Shown here piece after piece: positions 23,901-36,451 of a stretch of DNA of 64,000 bases. Source of the stretch: Podarcis bocagei (Eukaryota); assembly GCA_964188305.1 (NCBI GenBank), contig OZ076885.1; one strand, 5' to 3'. The notes below the pieces were generated by a model that saw nothing but the letters and a program-made list of their open reading frames with translations, was not told the origin of the DNA and made no database searches. Every line of letters starts with the position of its first letter. Positions within the stretch are counted from its first letter, which is position 1. Made by a program: the position numbers and the translations under genes.

Positions 23901-26017
23901 AAAGGCTGAGCCACATGGAGCACATTAGAGTAATCCAATCTGGAAGTGACCGCGGCATGAATAGCTGGCTACTCCTGGCTTTTCAAGGGAAGGATGCAGC
24001 TGACCCACATGCTGAAAAAAGGTACTTCCAGCCACAAGATCATCCAGTTGCCAGGCTGGGTCTTGCGAGTACTCCCAAGCTGTGGCTGACTTTTAAAGGA
24101 GTGCAAGTATGTGCAAAAGAAACAGAACACCAGCGCTTCTAACACCAAACCCTCAACTACCCATTGCCTCTATTTTGTCTGGATTAAACACCAGCTACTT
24201 CACCCTCATCTGCTCCAAAACTGATTTCCTTAAGGACTTTTACAGGCAGGGCACAGCAGAACCACCCCTTCTTGCTTGTTCCATTAATTGGTAATCAGAT
24301 CTATACTCTCTGGGTACGGAAGCTCCATTTTTAGCTCTCATAGCTAATTGCCAGTGGTACTTTCCCTATTGAATTTGGCTACAACATCACCGATGGGCAC
24401 GCACCTATTAGGAAGTAAATCCCATTCATATCAAGGGGGCTTGTTACCAAGGAAATCAGCTTTAGTTATATGGCTGTGATTTCCCCTCTGCCAAAATCAA
24501 AACTCATGCAGGTGGGAAGAATGGCAGAGCAGCCAGGAGGGTTGAATCTAAAATTGGGTAGTAAGGTTTCTTGTAGCACCAGTCTGCTGGATAATGTGTC
24601 ACTGTGATGTGTCCCTTGAGAGTCATGCATGACAACTGCATGGACAACCATGTCAATCTGTTTCGACAGGCCACACTGGCTGTTGTAGCTTATCAACATG
24701 TGTAAACGCTACTAGAAGAGGTAAGTGTATGGGAGATCAACACACAGCTGATTTGGGTTTGGTTTCCAGGTTTTTCCTTGCTTTCTGCATAAGGGTTTTG
24801 TAACATTTGCTGGAGGCCCTAAATGGCAGGATTGGTGTAATAGACAGATATAAATGGTATTTAAATACAGATTTTCTTCAAGCATGCCCTTTCATCTTGA
24901 CCTGAGCTCTGAGGCTTATGGAGATATCCAGAACAAGCCTTTCAGAGTCTCCTATAACATTTGCAGAAGGCTTTTAGAGTGCCTTTATTTCCATAAGGAC
25001 ACACCAGATTGTCCTGTTTGTCGTTCTGTCTGCTTGGTAGGTAATGCTGGTAATAGATGCAGCCGTGACTCATTTGGAGAACTTGCAGTGCCTGGAAGAA
25101 TACCTTGCCAACCTGGGTAAGAAACACCAGGCAGTTGGTGTGAAGGTGGAGTCTTTTTCGGTAAGGAGCCTTTTCGTTTTGAGATGTATCCGTGGCACTG
25201 TTGACTTGCTTTGAATTCTTCCCTCAGCTTTCCAGGTTTGTGTTGCAGGAAGGGACATGTTGGGAAATCAGTACAGATTGAGGAGGAGGAACAAGGTCAT
25301 GGAGGGTTTTGAGAGGACAAAAAACTTGCTCAGGATCCCAGAGTGGATGGGAAACCAGTGGAGAGAGTTAAGAGGGGAGAGTCACATGGTCTGAATAAGT
25401 CACAAAATAAGTGAGCAGACTTCTGAGCTGTTTTAGACCTGGGTGGATGAAGGAGAGGGGTGCATGGCAGAAGGAAAGTTGGGGTGACAGAAGAGCTACG
25501 ACGTCTGCAGTTGAGATAGTCGTAAGTCCTGGAGGAGATTTACAGACTGGATGGGATTAGCTTTCTGAAAAATTCATTAGCCATTACTCAGCTCAGCCTC
25601 CAGCTCCAAACAAAACTTGCAAGATCCTCTGAGGCAGAGAAGTAAAAAGCAAGGTAGTCTGTTGTTAGGCAAACGGGGGATAAATAATGGTTGACAGCGC
25701 CAGTAAGAGCCAGATTGAGAGGATTACTTGGAACTTGGAGGGTGTGTGCCTCCACCATCACTCTGAAAGTAAAGTTCCATTTTTTAGATAGTAGAAAATC
25801 ACCCCCACCCCTTCCTTAAGAGCTGCTTCTTTTTGAATGCTGATTCTGCTGTCTCCTGTTTGATTTGCAGGCTGTGGGCGAATCCTTGCTGTACATGCTG
25901 GAAAAATGCCACGGCCCCGCTTTCAATGTGAATGTGCGTGAGGCCTGGACCAAGCTGTACAGCATTGTGGTAAAAGCCATGAGCTGCGGCTGGGATGTTC
26001 CCAGAAAAGTGGAATAA
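14607..26017 (+). CDS. NGB: Neuroglobin, complete spliced CDS join(14607-14710,20577-20688,25041-25160,25871-26017), 160 aa
   Basis: Spliced translation [160 protein letters not shown]. Has distal His (H69), proximal His (H101), CD1 Phe and the Ngb-type three-intron pattern, all GT-AG. Convergent with TMEM63C as in other amniotes. Confidence 0.98.
17201..17384. mobile_element. hAT MITE in NGB intron 1
   Basis: TIR CAGCGGCAGAG/CTCTGCCAGTG; perfect TSD AGTCCAAC (17193-17200, 17385-17392). Confidence 0.9.
20577..20688 (+). CDS. NGB: NGB coding exon 2 (112 nt)
   Basis: tttcag|G acceptor; [16 protein letters not shown]...EFLEHIRK; donor AAG|GTGAGA. Confidence 0.98.
21142..22582 (+). mobile_element. 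5'-truncated RTE-BovB LINE (RT domain and C-terminus) in NGB intron 2
   Basis: ORFs 21181-22023 and 21887-22573 translate to BovB RT ([36 protein letters not shown] at 21802-21813, [17 protein letters not shown]); one frameshift near 21894; (CAA)n tail; TSD GTGCTTCCCA at 21132-21141 and 22583-22592. Confidence 0.97.
25041..25160 (+). CDS. NGB: NGB coding exon 3 (120 nt)
   Basis: ggtag| acceptor; VMLVIDAAV...[15 protein letters not shown]; donor TCG|GTAAGG; not in the ORF track. Confidence 0.98.
25871..26017 (+). CDS. NGB: NGB coding exon 4 (147 nt incl. TAA)
   Basis: ttgcag| acceptor; [13 protein letters not shown]...[13 protein letters not shown]. Confidence 0.98.
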   Translation, partial: AVGESLLYMLEKCHGPAFNVNVREAWTKLYSIVVKAMSCGWDVPRKVE

Positions 26018-27325
26018 ACCTGGACCCAGGATGCTTGAGTGGGAACAGCTACGAGGAGAAAGCAAGCTTGCCTTTCTAGCTCTGTGTATTTCAGAGTAAT
26101 CTCAACATTTCTGTCTCTCTTTCTCGTTTTACTCTTGCATTCCCCATCTTTCTTGTGGTAATGTGATGACGCTCCCCTATTTCAGTGTTGCAGTTCCACG
26201 TATCTGTTTGCAGGGGGCAAAAGAGAGCCAAGCCGGAATTAAAAACTGAAATGCCAACTGCAGCTAGCGGCTTTCCTTCCAAAAGGCATGTTATCATTCT
26301 CTTTATTTCCCCATTGCCTTTCGAAGAGTAATTACAAAGATTTCTTAGCACAGAAGGATGATTTTACTAGCTTTCCCCCCTTGAGATTGTGAGCCTGCAA
26401 TTGTTTCAGTGAAGCTAAGCAGGAGTGTGTGCATTTCCTTGGGATTATCCAAGCAGTGTAGCTCCCCCCCTGCCTTTTAAAGTGGGTTAATTCTACAGTA
26501 AGGCTCCTGTTTGTATGCCTGAGCTGCTAGATGGTTGGATTTTGAAATGCTTGGCCACAAGTTAGAACTTGAAAGCCAGTGGGAATGCAGCAGCTGCCAG
26601 TTCCGTGAGCATGTGGAAATAAAATCTTGTAGTGAAATTAGTGACAGATGCGGCTTTTATCCTGGGGAAAGCTTCCAAAATTCATCCTGGATTCTGGCCA
26701 AAGGAGAGTCTGTAGTATAAAACCCATTTCTGGGCAACTGCTTTGCTGCCATTCCTCTCCTCCCCAGGCATTTCTGGTATAGCCTTCCAGGTGCTTGACA
26801 GAATCCTCCTTTGCTCTTTGCCCAAATCTTAATGAAAGCAACTTAGTTCTTGGGGTTGTTTTGGAACCCATCTGGGGGTGGGGGGGAGTAGGAAACCTAG
26901 AAAAGAAGATTTTTGGTGTGGTGGATGAACATTTAAAACTCCTCACCCCTTGCTTTTCAATCTAGGTGCAGATAAGGCCCCTATGAAAACTTGAGGTGGG
27001 CCAGGGGTGGTCTGGTTGTATCGAGAAGAGGCAGGGTGTGTGTGTGTGTGCGTGCATTGTCCTGGTATGGACAGTCCTCCTTGATGACTGACAGGGGTTG
27101 TTGTGGTTCCTCCACTTAATCTGCTACCTTATAGGTGGCCTAGGCAAACTGATTAGGCAGTGTGAATGGTCCCGCTGTCACCATTGGTAGAGAACAACCA
27201 GTGGTTGACACTGGGCCCCTGAAAGGTAGCTAAAGTTCACTTAAAACAGTTTAGCAGGCCCAACCGTCAAGGCCTGGGAGCCCTAATTAGGCCCATGGCT
27301 GGAGCTGCCTGTCCCAGTAGAAATA

Positions 27326-27652
27326 CAGTGGTGCCTCGCAAGACGAAAAGAATCCGTTCTGTGATTCTCTTCGTCTAGCGTTTTTTTCGTCTTGCGAAGC
27401 AAGCCCATTGAAGGATTAGCGGATTAGCGCTATTAGCGGCTTATCTGCTGATCAGATCAGCTGATAAGCGGCTTAGCGGCTTAGAAAAAGGGGGGGGGGA
27501 GGAAAAAAACCCAGCAGGAATTCGCAAGACATTGTCGTCTTGCGAAGCAAGCCCATAGGAAATTCGTTTTGCGAAGCACCTCCAAAACGGAAAACTCTTT
27601 CGTCTAGCGAGTTTTCCGTCTTGCGAGGCATTCGTCTTGCGGGGCACCACTG
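27326..27652 (-). mobile_element. Tc1/mariner MITE related to 6315-6669, inverted, within putative NGB 3' UTR
   Basis: TA|CAGTGGTGCCTCGCAAGACG...CGTCTTGCGGGGCACCACTG|TA. Confidence 0.92.
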
Positions 27653-28965
27653 TAGTGACAAACAATTTACTGGGCCTCTGGGAAGCCATTTTTTTGCTTG
27701 TGCTTTACGCATGACCAACAGACCAAATTCAAGTCCTACCCTGTCATATCTTGTGATTTATATACGATATGTGAGCTTCCATACAAAGTGCCAACAACTG
27801 CCCACTCACAACTGTGAATTTGGTTCACGTGCGAGGGGAACCCGTTGTGTGTCAAAGCTTAGTTCAGAGATGTGTTTGAGTTTGTTGCAGTGTTTGTCAG
27901 GAGGTGCATGCCTTTTTCTGTTTTGTGAGCAATTCCTTTTTCTGAGTTTTCCATCATGTCTCTATATTTAAATTCCAAAGCAGCCTAGGGACAGCTATTT
28001 TGAAACGTGCTGAGAGCTGCACAAAAGGGGCAATGCCAGCAGGGATGGCTGGTGCCCATTGGGCCAGAAAGCAGAGAGGCCCAACTGTAGGTGGAGCCAA
28101 TAATTCTAGGTTTCCCCCCTCTCATTCTAGTTCTTCCCTAGGTGTTGAGCACTAGCCTAGTGGGATCAAACCTTCTCAATATTTTTATTTTTGGGGGGAG
28201 GGCGTGTATTGAAAGTGACATATTTTGTATACTCACAACCCAGGTGGGGAGGATACAGAGGATAATTTATCCCTTCTTCCTCCCTGCTCAAATACCCCAA
28301 TCTCAGGATACTTTCAAACAGCTCTAGGTTTGTGGAAGTAGATAAGATTCCTTTGTTACCCCTCACCCTAAACTTATTGTGAATGATGGTGGCGGCGAGA
28401 GTGCTAATAGCTGGATAAAATTTAAAATTCCTAGAGGTAAACAGAAAGCTGCTTCACGGAAGTAGCAATTGAGAAAACAAATATTAATGACCCAGACACG
28501 GTCACATTCTTTTGTCATCAGAAATGCTTTCTCCTGCACAAATGTAAGAATTGTGTTTAAATGCACTGATTTCATGCTGTCTAGAAAAGAGAACCTGAAT
28601 CCTCAAACTAGGGTTTTTGAAATTATTTGCAGAGCTTTGTATTAAACAATTGTGTGTCCCATAACGTTATATAACTGCAAGCCAGTCTTACAACCATTGT
28701 GACTGAGGCCTAGTTCTCTGAAGCAGCAGGGGAGGAAATAAGCCTATTTCTGGGTTCCACTGCTTCAGACTCTGGCAGGGAGGGTAGACTTATGAAATTG
28801 AATGGTTCTCTATACAAAAACATTTGCTGCACCTAGAAAATAAAATGCCAAGGAGAAAGGGGATAGCTTACCCCAACCCCATGCGTATAAAGGTGGGCCC
28901 TTTGTAAGCTTTTCACAGCTCTCTTCACGTTTTGTGTGTGCCATATTTTGTTGCATTCCAAAAGA

Positions 28966-28971
28966 AATAAA
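28966..28971 (+). terminator. NGB: Candidate NGB polyadenylation signal (3' UTR ~2.95 kb)
   Basis: AATAAA followed ~25-45 nt later by a GT-rich tract (tgtttggggtgttgtggg). Other AATAAA at 26013 (overlapping the stop) and ~26618 are alternatives. Confidence 0.5.
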
Positions 28972-29284
28972 AAACATGGTGTTGCTGTATCTCAGACCTG
29001 TTTGGGGTGTTGTGGGTCTCCTGCAAAGCAAAAATTTTTATATTTCACTTACTTGGGAAAGTAGCAGCGTGAGAGGAGTATAATCTCAACACTCAGACAT
29101 GTCAGTCCTGTGTGCGGCAGCTGTGAATAAGGTGAATTCTGGCTTGGGAAAAGTCTGGAAAGACTGCTATGCAAATTTTATGCTATACATAAAGCTGCTA
29201 TACAAATTCTGTGGTGGAACCAATATGGAATAGTTCTGGTTGCCTTGCAGAGCTGCAAAAGATGCAGAAATTGGGAGCTCAAAC

Positions 29285-29590
29285 GATCAAGGGGCTGATG
29301 AAGCAAGTCCCCTATGACTAAAGGTTGCAATATTTGGGACTTTTCAGTTTAGAAGAAAGGTGAATTGGGGTGAAGCATGTGTATTATTAGTTATGGTGTA
29401 GAGAAAGGGAAGGTTTTCTGCTTCATAGTACTTCATCCGATGAAACTAAAACGCTGGGAGATTAAGGACAGAAAAAAAGGAAGTCCACCACACAGCACAG
29501 AATCCACTATCACAAGATGTAGTGATAGCAATCAGCCTGGTTAGGTTTGAAACATGATTAGACAAATTCATTCAGGTTACCAATAGCTAC
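29285..29590 (+). mobile_element. Degenerate CR1 ORF2 3' fragment
   Basis: ccctatgactaaaggttgcaatatttgggacttttcagtttagaagaaagg...gattagacaaattcat resembles the CR1 3' region. Confidence 0.6.
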
Positions 29591-30284
29591 TCACCATGAC
29601 TGTGTACTACCTTCAAAATTGAAAACAATAAAGTTGCTGGGGAACGTTGAGTGGGGAGAATGTCCTGCTTATGAAACTCAAGCCCTTAGTCTTGGTGAGA
29701 ACAAGATGCTGGACTATATGGTTCTTTGCATTTGATCCTGGAGGGTTTCTTATATGAGCTATTCTCTCCTCTGGAAAGACTAAAAAGGCACGCTGATACA
29801 GTCAGTTGTATTGCATTTCACTTGTAATTATTTCTGAATCTGCATCTTTACATATAAATTAGCACGTGCCCCTTTTTAGTCATGTGTATGTGGCCTCATC
29901 ACCCTTTTTGCCATCCTCCATTGCCATCATTGAGAAGGTTGCAGGTGTGGGTGGATGTCTGGAAGTTATCCTGGGTCAGGGCCAGACGACTAGAACCGCA
30001 AGAGTTCCTCTGAAAGTGGGGGGGAATTTACCATCCCTGTGGTTTTATACTAAGCATAAGAATCCTGGCAGGAGGAAGCTAGCTTTGTGGGAGCTCCCAT
30101 TTCCATAGTAACCGGAGCAGGAGTTTGTCGAGGCAGATGGCTGCCTACAACAGCAGCAGCAGCAGGTATCCTTTCTCATTACCAGAGAGGTGGGGACTTC
30201 TCCTGGGTGGGAGTGAGGTTATCAGAGGCTAAAAAAATACTATTTCTTAGTTTGACTAGGGATGCACTGGCCAAACTCTGAAAG

Positions 30285-30555
30285 ACAGGCTCCTTTGCTA
30301 CAGACCATCGGGGGCCCTCTTGGGAGTTCCTCTGCTCTCAGAGGCTTGGGGTAGCGGCAGCTTGGAATAGGGCACTTTCTGTGGCAGCCTCTAAACTGCA
30401 GAGCTCGGTTCCCACAGAGGTGTGTCCAACACCTTCATCATACAGCTTCCGGAGGATGCGGAAGATGCAACTCTTCAGCCTGCCTTTTGACACTTGAGGT
30501 GTATATTTTCAGGACTCACCTTATTTTAGTGATTTCAAGTTGTTTTAAACTGTTT
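30285..30555 (+). mobile_element. Degenerate L2-type fragment
   Basis: agggcactttctgtggcagcctctaaactgcagagctc...gaagatgcaactcttcagcc resembles the L2 ORF end. Confidence 0.55.
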
Positions 30556-30559
30556 TTGA

Positions 30560-30878
30560 TACAGAGTTGGAGGGGCTCCTGGGGGCAATCTTATCCAGCC
30601 TCCTGCAATGTGAGGAATTACAACTGAAGCATCCCTGACAGATGACCATCCAACCTCTGCTTAAAAACGTCCAAGGAAGGAGAGTCCACCACCTTCTGAG
30701 GGAGTCTGTACCAGAGTTGGACAGCTCTGTCAGAAAGCTCTTTCTCTTGCTTGGGCAGAATCTCCTTTCTTGTCGTTTGAATCCATTGGTTTGGGTCCTA
30801 CCCTCTGCAGCAGCAGAAAACAAGCTTGTTCCATCTTCCATGTGACAGCCCTTTGGCTATTTGAAGGTGGCAATCACA
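30560..30878 (-). mobile_element. Older CR1 3' fragment
   Basis: Similar to 63430-63750 (SLFSAAAEGRTQTNGFK.QERRF). Confidence 0.85.
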
Positions 30879-31069
30879 CCACCTAAACTACTTGAGCTTT
30901 CCTTCTCATTACGCCCAAGACCTTGCTCTCTCATTGAACAAAAGCAAAAGGGGACCTCTCAGGTTTCTGATATGCTTGGCAAGGGCCTCCTTCTCCTCCT
31001 GTTTTGAGTTAGCATCACTCTGCGTCAACATGTGCAGCTCAACCCCAGGCACCAGCTGGGCGAAGTAAC

Positions 31070-31075
31070 TTTATT
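31070..31075 (-). terminator. TMEM63C: Candidate TMEM63C polyadenylation signal (3' UTR up to ~5.2 kb)
   Basis: TTTATT on + (AATAAA on -); alternatives at ~32180 and ~32521. Confidence 0.35.
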
Positions 31076-33214
31076 CAAGGCACGGTCATAGCAATAAATA
31101 TCACAAGAAGATACATAACTCTGGCACATTCCTAGAGGGCAACAGCCAAGGGAAAGACAAAAGACCAGAGCTTCCCAAAGACACCATACCCAACTCACAG
31201 GCACTTTGCCTCCATAAAAGAGAAGCGGCTAAGACAGGAGGCCTCGAGGTTTGCTACATTAGCATGTGACTAGGCAAAGGTAATTTCATAGGTTCCAAGG
31301 AGGGAGTAGTCAGGAACCGCTTACTCACGCTACAGCACTGGACCCAACCACCCCTTCCTCAAATGCAGCCAGATACGGCACTCAGTAATAGGATGGGAGA
31401 AACCTGTGATGGCATTCGTGCTGAATTAAGGTGAGTCACATTCTGGGGTTCCACACCTCAACTTCACTGCCTGTTTGTGAGGCATACACAACCTTCCCCC
31501 TTTCAGAAACGAGCCACAGCGTTCAATGAAGTATTAACCTTTCCTCTCCTCCTGGCAGATGTGGGCCTGCTGCTCCCTTCTCTGAGGACTCGAGTGGCTC
31601 CAATTTCTTACCTGTGGGAAATGTTGAAGAAACCCAGCACAGATAATAGCATAGAGATGCCTGACTATTGATACTACATGAAAGAGACTCATTTGGATAA
31701 GGAGGCCCTATCCTCTAATACACCAGAAGCCTGACCCTGTGCATATTCACTCAGATGCTAAGTTCCACTGCAGTCAGCAGGACTTCCTCCAAGTTACGTG
31801 GGCATAGCTTCAGATGTGTCATTAGCTCAGTCCTGCTGCACTGGAGGATGAGCCAAGCAATCTTACCAAGGCAGACAGACAGTTCTTCATGCCCCCTATT
31901 CACTGACATAGCTGGTGCTGGATCTTGCAGAATCACCAGTTCTCTACTGCTTGTCCCTACTATTTTAGGGACAATATGACTACACATCCTGCAACAGACA
32001 TGTGTGTGAGATTATTAGGAGCAACGATGTACATTACCAAATGTTGCTAAAGGCAGATAGTCCCCAAAGGGTACAGGAAAGGTTTGTAAACTTATACCCA
32101 CAAAGCTGGAGCCTTGCAATCCTGCCAGCTTCTGGAGGATGGGAACTCACCAGTCCAGTTTCAGAGTGGTGTGTTGCCTTTATTTCAGCCAGTCCTCTTT
32201 TGTAACCACATGACTTAGTCCATGTGTGTACACACACACACACACACCCTCTTCTGTGCTACGATTACTCAACATTCCAACCCTCTGCCTCTGAAACCTG
32301 TCACAGGCGACAGGACTGGCTCCTGGAACAGAATAACTAATACAGTCGCAGGCCACAAGCAACATCAAAAGGTGCAGACACAGTCTGCAAAAACAATTTA
32401 CTGTCTCACAATTTTCTGCGAAACCTCAAAACACCAAGAAAGACCGACCATTCCTCTTATGCATGTGCTTGTTTCCTCTTTGGACAGCTTCCACGAACCT
32501 CCAGCCCCTGGAAAAAACATTTATTTATTTTTTAAACAATCCACAACCCAGTTTTTTAAAAAATGAATTTAACTCTCTTCGGTTAAACTGGAGATTGCTT
32601 TATGGCTCCCTGTATCTTCATCACTTGTTCACTAACATGTCCATTTTTTCCTTCGCCTGTTTTTTAAAAAGTGGGCAGGTGACTGTGCATGGCACAAACT
32701 GCTTCTAAAATTGGGCTGCTGCATTTACTACTACACTGAGGCAATAAACTTAAAGGGTGCCTTTTCTTTCCATAATAAAAGGCTGCAGTGTGGAGAATAA
32801 CGCTACAGACTCTTCCGTGGCCGCACATGAGAAGCTAAAGCAATGAAAGATAATCTGTATTGCATAGATAAGGTTGAAGTTCACTCCCCAGTTAAAAGGA
32901 TCTCAGGGTTGCCAAACACATTAAAAAAATTCTACATGGGACTACACATTAATATACTGTATTTTACTGTACGTACACTCAAGCAACATGGTGTTCATCC
33001 AGCAAAATAGACGTATCTCATCGCACCAGCCGACTGATAATTTGCCTGTTAATTCTTACATTGAAGGTGGGGATTTTTTTTGTACTCTGCATGAGACTCT
33101 GGAAACCACCTCTCAGCAGAGAGTTCTAGGCTCTACAGGGTTGACCAGGGCAAATTTGTGGTTGGATCTCCCAACATATTCCACTAAACACCAAGCAGAA
33201 GTGGTCATGAATTA

Positions 33215-33469
33215 CCGTATTTTTTGCTCTATAAGACTCTTTCCCTCTTAAAAAGTAAGGGGAAATGTGTGTGCGTCTTATGGAGCGAATGCAGGCTGCG
33301 CAGCTATCCCAGAAGCCAGAACAGCAAGAGGGATTGCTGCTTTCACTGTGCAGCGATCCCTCTTGCTGTTCTGGCTTCTGAGATTCACAATATTTTTTTT
33401 CTTGTTTTCCTCCTCCAAAAACTAGGTGCGTCTTGTGGTCTGGTGCGTCTTATAGAGCGAAAAATACGG
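33215..33469 (+). mobile_element. Tc2/pogo-type MITE copy 2 (putative TMEM63C 3' UTR)
   Basis: Near-identical to 11049-11305; TA TSD on both sides. Confidence 0.92.
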
Positions 33470-36238
33470 TAGATTGTTGCACTGGTGGTGGTGTAAGCAT
33501 TTAAGCTTTCCTCTCTGGGTGAACTAAAACCAGAGTGACCAATTTTTAATTAACTAGTCCTAAGGTAGCCAGATGCAAAAGAAGACAGAGCCCCACAACC
33601 ATTAATATCTGGACACAAGAGGGATTTCAGCAGGTCTAAGCTGCTGCACAACTCTTATAGGTGCCACTGTCCTTCCTCATTTGCATTAGGCTACTCTATT
33701 TAGTTTGCCTTTCTTACATACAGGTGAGTAACTAAGCAAGAAACAAGTGGGCAGCTCACCCTAGAGACACAGATGTAGCCAAGCCTTTGTGCTGCCTCTG
33801 ATGCTGGGCTTTTGCTTCATGGGGGCAGGAATGGAGACTTACTCTATGAAGTCCCTATGCAGCCTCTATATATTAGAAGGAATGCCGTGTTATAGGCATT
33901 TTTATCTGTGGCAAGGTGTATGAATGATCTTCAGCTAAGAAAAGGAAATTCTGGGAAGCAGATTTACCTGGGCATAATTCCCACTGCTTTTAATGGGATT
34001 TACTTCCTGGATAGTAATTGCAGGTAAGCTTCTAATATAAATATTTAGCTATAATTGCAAGGTGCTTTTTCTGTTTCTCAAACAGCAGTGGGCAACCTAG
34101 ATCTGCCTTGTTCAAAACAGGCCTTGAAGATGGAAACAGGGCTTCTTCTACCTTCTCTCCTGACACCTACTATGCCTTTTGACAGTTGCATGGACAGCAG
34201 AAATCTAAGAGGCAAACCTCTTATAACAGCGACAGAGTAGCTTGGGAACAACTTTCCCAATTACAGCACCAGCATGCTAGGAAAGTTTCACCCGCTTAAG
34301 AGCTATGAGACAGGCAGTAATTCAGCGCACAGGAGTCCTGCTAGAAAAAAGGCATGGCAATTCTGATTTGTATGCACATCACCTAATACTTCTCCTTCCT
34401 GCTTGCTCTCTTGCGGCTTTTACTTAGCTCCTAAGTAAAAAAATTTGGACAGCCTCATCCCAGGTTCTGAGCACAGCAGCCCACGAGAGAAATCTCACTC
34501 CATTACTCCTAGGGACTTTGCAGAATCATAGATTAAGAGTCTCATGTTCTATGGACATGAATGATGGTGAAGCACTGATCTAATGGGCTAGTATATAATG
34601 CAGTTGAGCCAGAGAAAGTCCTATATAACAGTGGAGGTTTCGAAGTAAAATGGAGTCATTCCCATGCACAAGTCTATCCTGGCAGGCACCCCTATCATTT
34701 GGAAGCAAGGGGGCTGGCCAGGTTTGGGCCTGTGATATCATGCAGCTTGTGCACTGGCAGCTTAGAACATGCTGGTGTACAAATGGGTTATTGTCACAGA
34801 AGGGTCGAGATGTCCCCACTGCCTGCCTGCCATCCCACCCAGCTCTCAAGCCAGTGCCAAATTAGCTGTGATTGTGACATAACCATATGTTTAAACTTGG
34901 ATCTGTAATGAAGATGCTGAAAGTCAAGCAGGTGTGGAGATCCAATTTATGGAGCACAAGGGGCATATGAGTGATGTGTACCAAACCCGTAACCCTCCCC
35001 AGGGCTCAACCCCCTGCAGAAAGTTATCTAGCCCCCTAATCAGGGCACTAGCTGCTCGTTTAGCTCCTCTCCCACACATGCTCTCCTTTTGCCTTAAAAG
35101 TTTGACTCTACCCCTGGTTTCTAGGGGTTTGCATCAGATCTGGATTTATACACACAGCTCTGCCGCTGTCCTGTCTGGTTTGGGCTCAGCTTCTACACAA
35201 TCTCATTCATCACCCCCACCCCACCCCACCTTCAAGTTTGCCTTCAAACAAGGAACCAGGCAGTTTCCAACACGGTTGGAAAAAAGGTAAGCAAAAATCC
35301 GAACATGGCCATTATTCTGGGCATAAAGCACACAACCAGTCAAACCTAGAAAAACAGAGACAAGTCAGGCCTGTCACTTAGGCCACACTGAGAAAGAAAG
35401 TCTTTTTTCAGAGGCAGTGAATTTGGGCAAAAGCAACAACCGCAGAAGCAACAAATGGGCATATAAAAAATGAAGCAGCTAAAGCACCTGTCTTTTGCAA
35501 ATGCCCCTCTTGCACTCAGGAAACAATTGGGAGTTTGCTTCTGCAACAAATGCATTACACCGGGCTGTGCAGTCAACTTGAATGTGTCTCGGGAGTCACC
35601 ATTCTGCTCTCTACTCCACACACCCGCACCCAAATGTTTTATAGACGGGTTTGTAGCTACTGGGCGCATGATGCTATTTAAATCCAGACAGTCTCTTGCT
35701 CCTGCTGGTCTGAGCAGAGAAGGCTGCCCCCAATAGAGAAACATCTTCCTCTACCAAGAAAAGAATATAAATGAAAAGCAAAAATAGTGGAAGGTGAGGG
35801 AGACCAACTGGGGCAACGGAGAGAAGGGAAGATTTGTCAGAAGACACAAAAAGAGTCAAGCAATGGCAGTCTGTAGCCCTGGAGCAGAAGGATGAGAGGC
35901 AACATGTGGAACATGCTGCTGTTAAACAGCTGGGAGTAAAAAACTGAAGTAACACTGCCTATGCAGAACCTCCCTGTTCGTTACATCTCTGCTGGAGAGT
36001 TGAGCTGCCATCCCAACACTGTGGCCAAGAGAACTGCAGCACTGAAGGCCCATTGTGCATCAGCCCGAGTGGTTCTGGCCTAAGTAGCAAAGCCAGACCT
36101 TTGCTCAAAACTGGTTTACAGCAGGACTGATATGGCAACTCAGAGCAATCTAGGCCTTGGGACATAATGCTTCCCCTCCGGCACTCTTAATACTCAAAAT
36201 GTTTCTCTGGTCTGTCTCGTCACTCTGAGAGCAGGTGG

Positions 36239-36451
36239 TCAATGATAGCGGGTTTGGTCATCCAGCACCGGCCCGGTTCTGTATTCACCCTCCGTGCTCT
36301 CCAGCTCTGTTTCAAAGCTCTGCAGGCCTCCCTCCTCCATGTTCTCGGCTTGCTCCAGGCGGCTGCCCATGGTGCCGTAAGACTGGTGAGCTGGGGAGGC
36401 TGCTGGCGTTAGGCTTAGTTCTGGCTCCTGAAGCACTGTAGCCACAAACAT
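36239..36451 (-). CDS. TMEM63C: TMEM63C last coding exon [12 protein letters not shown]...DDQTRYH*
   Basis: tgtag acceptor, TGA stop; C-terminus resembles mammalian TMEM63C. Confidence 0.96.
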   Translation of the reverse strand: MFVATVLQEPELSLTPAASPAHQSYGTMGSRLEQAENMEEGGLQSFETELESTEGEYRTGPVLDDQTRYH

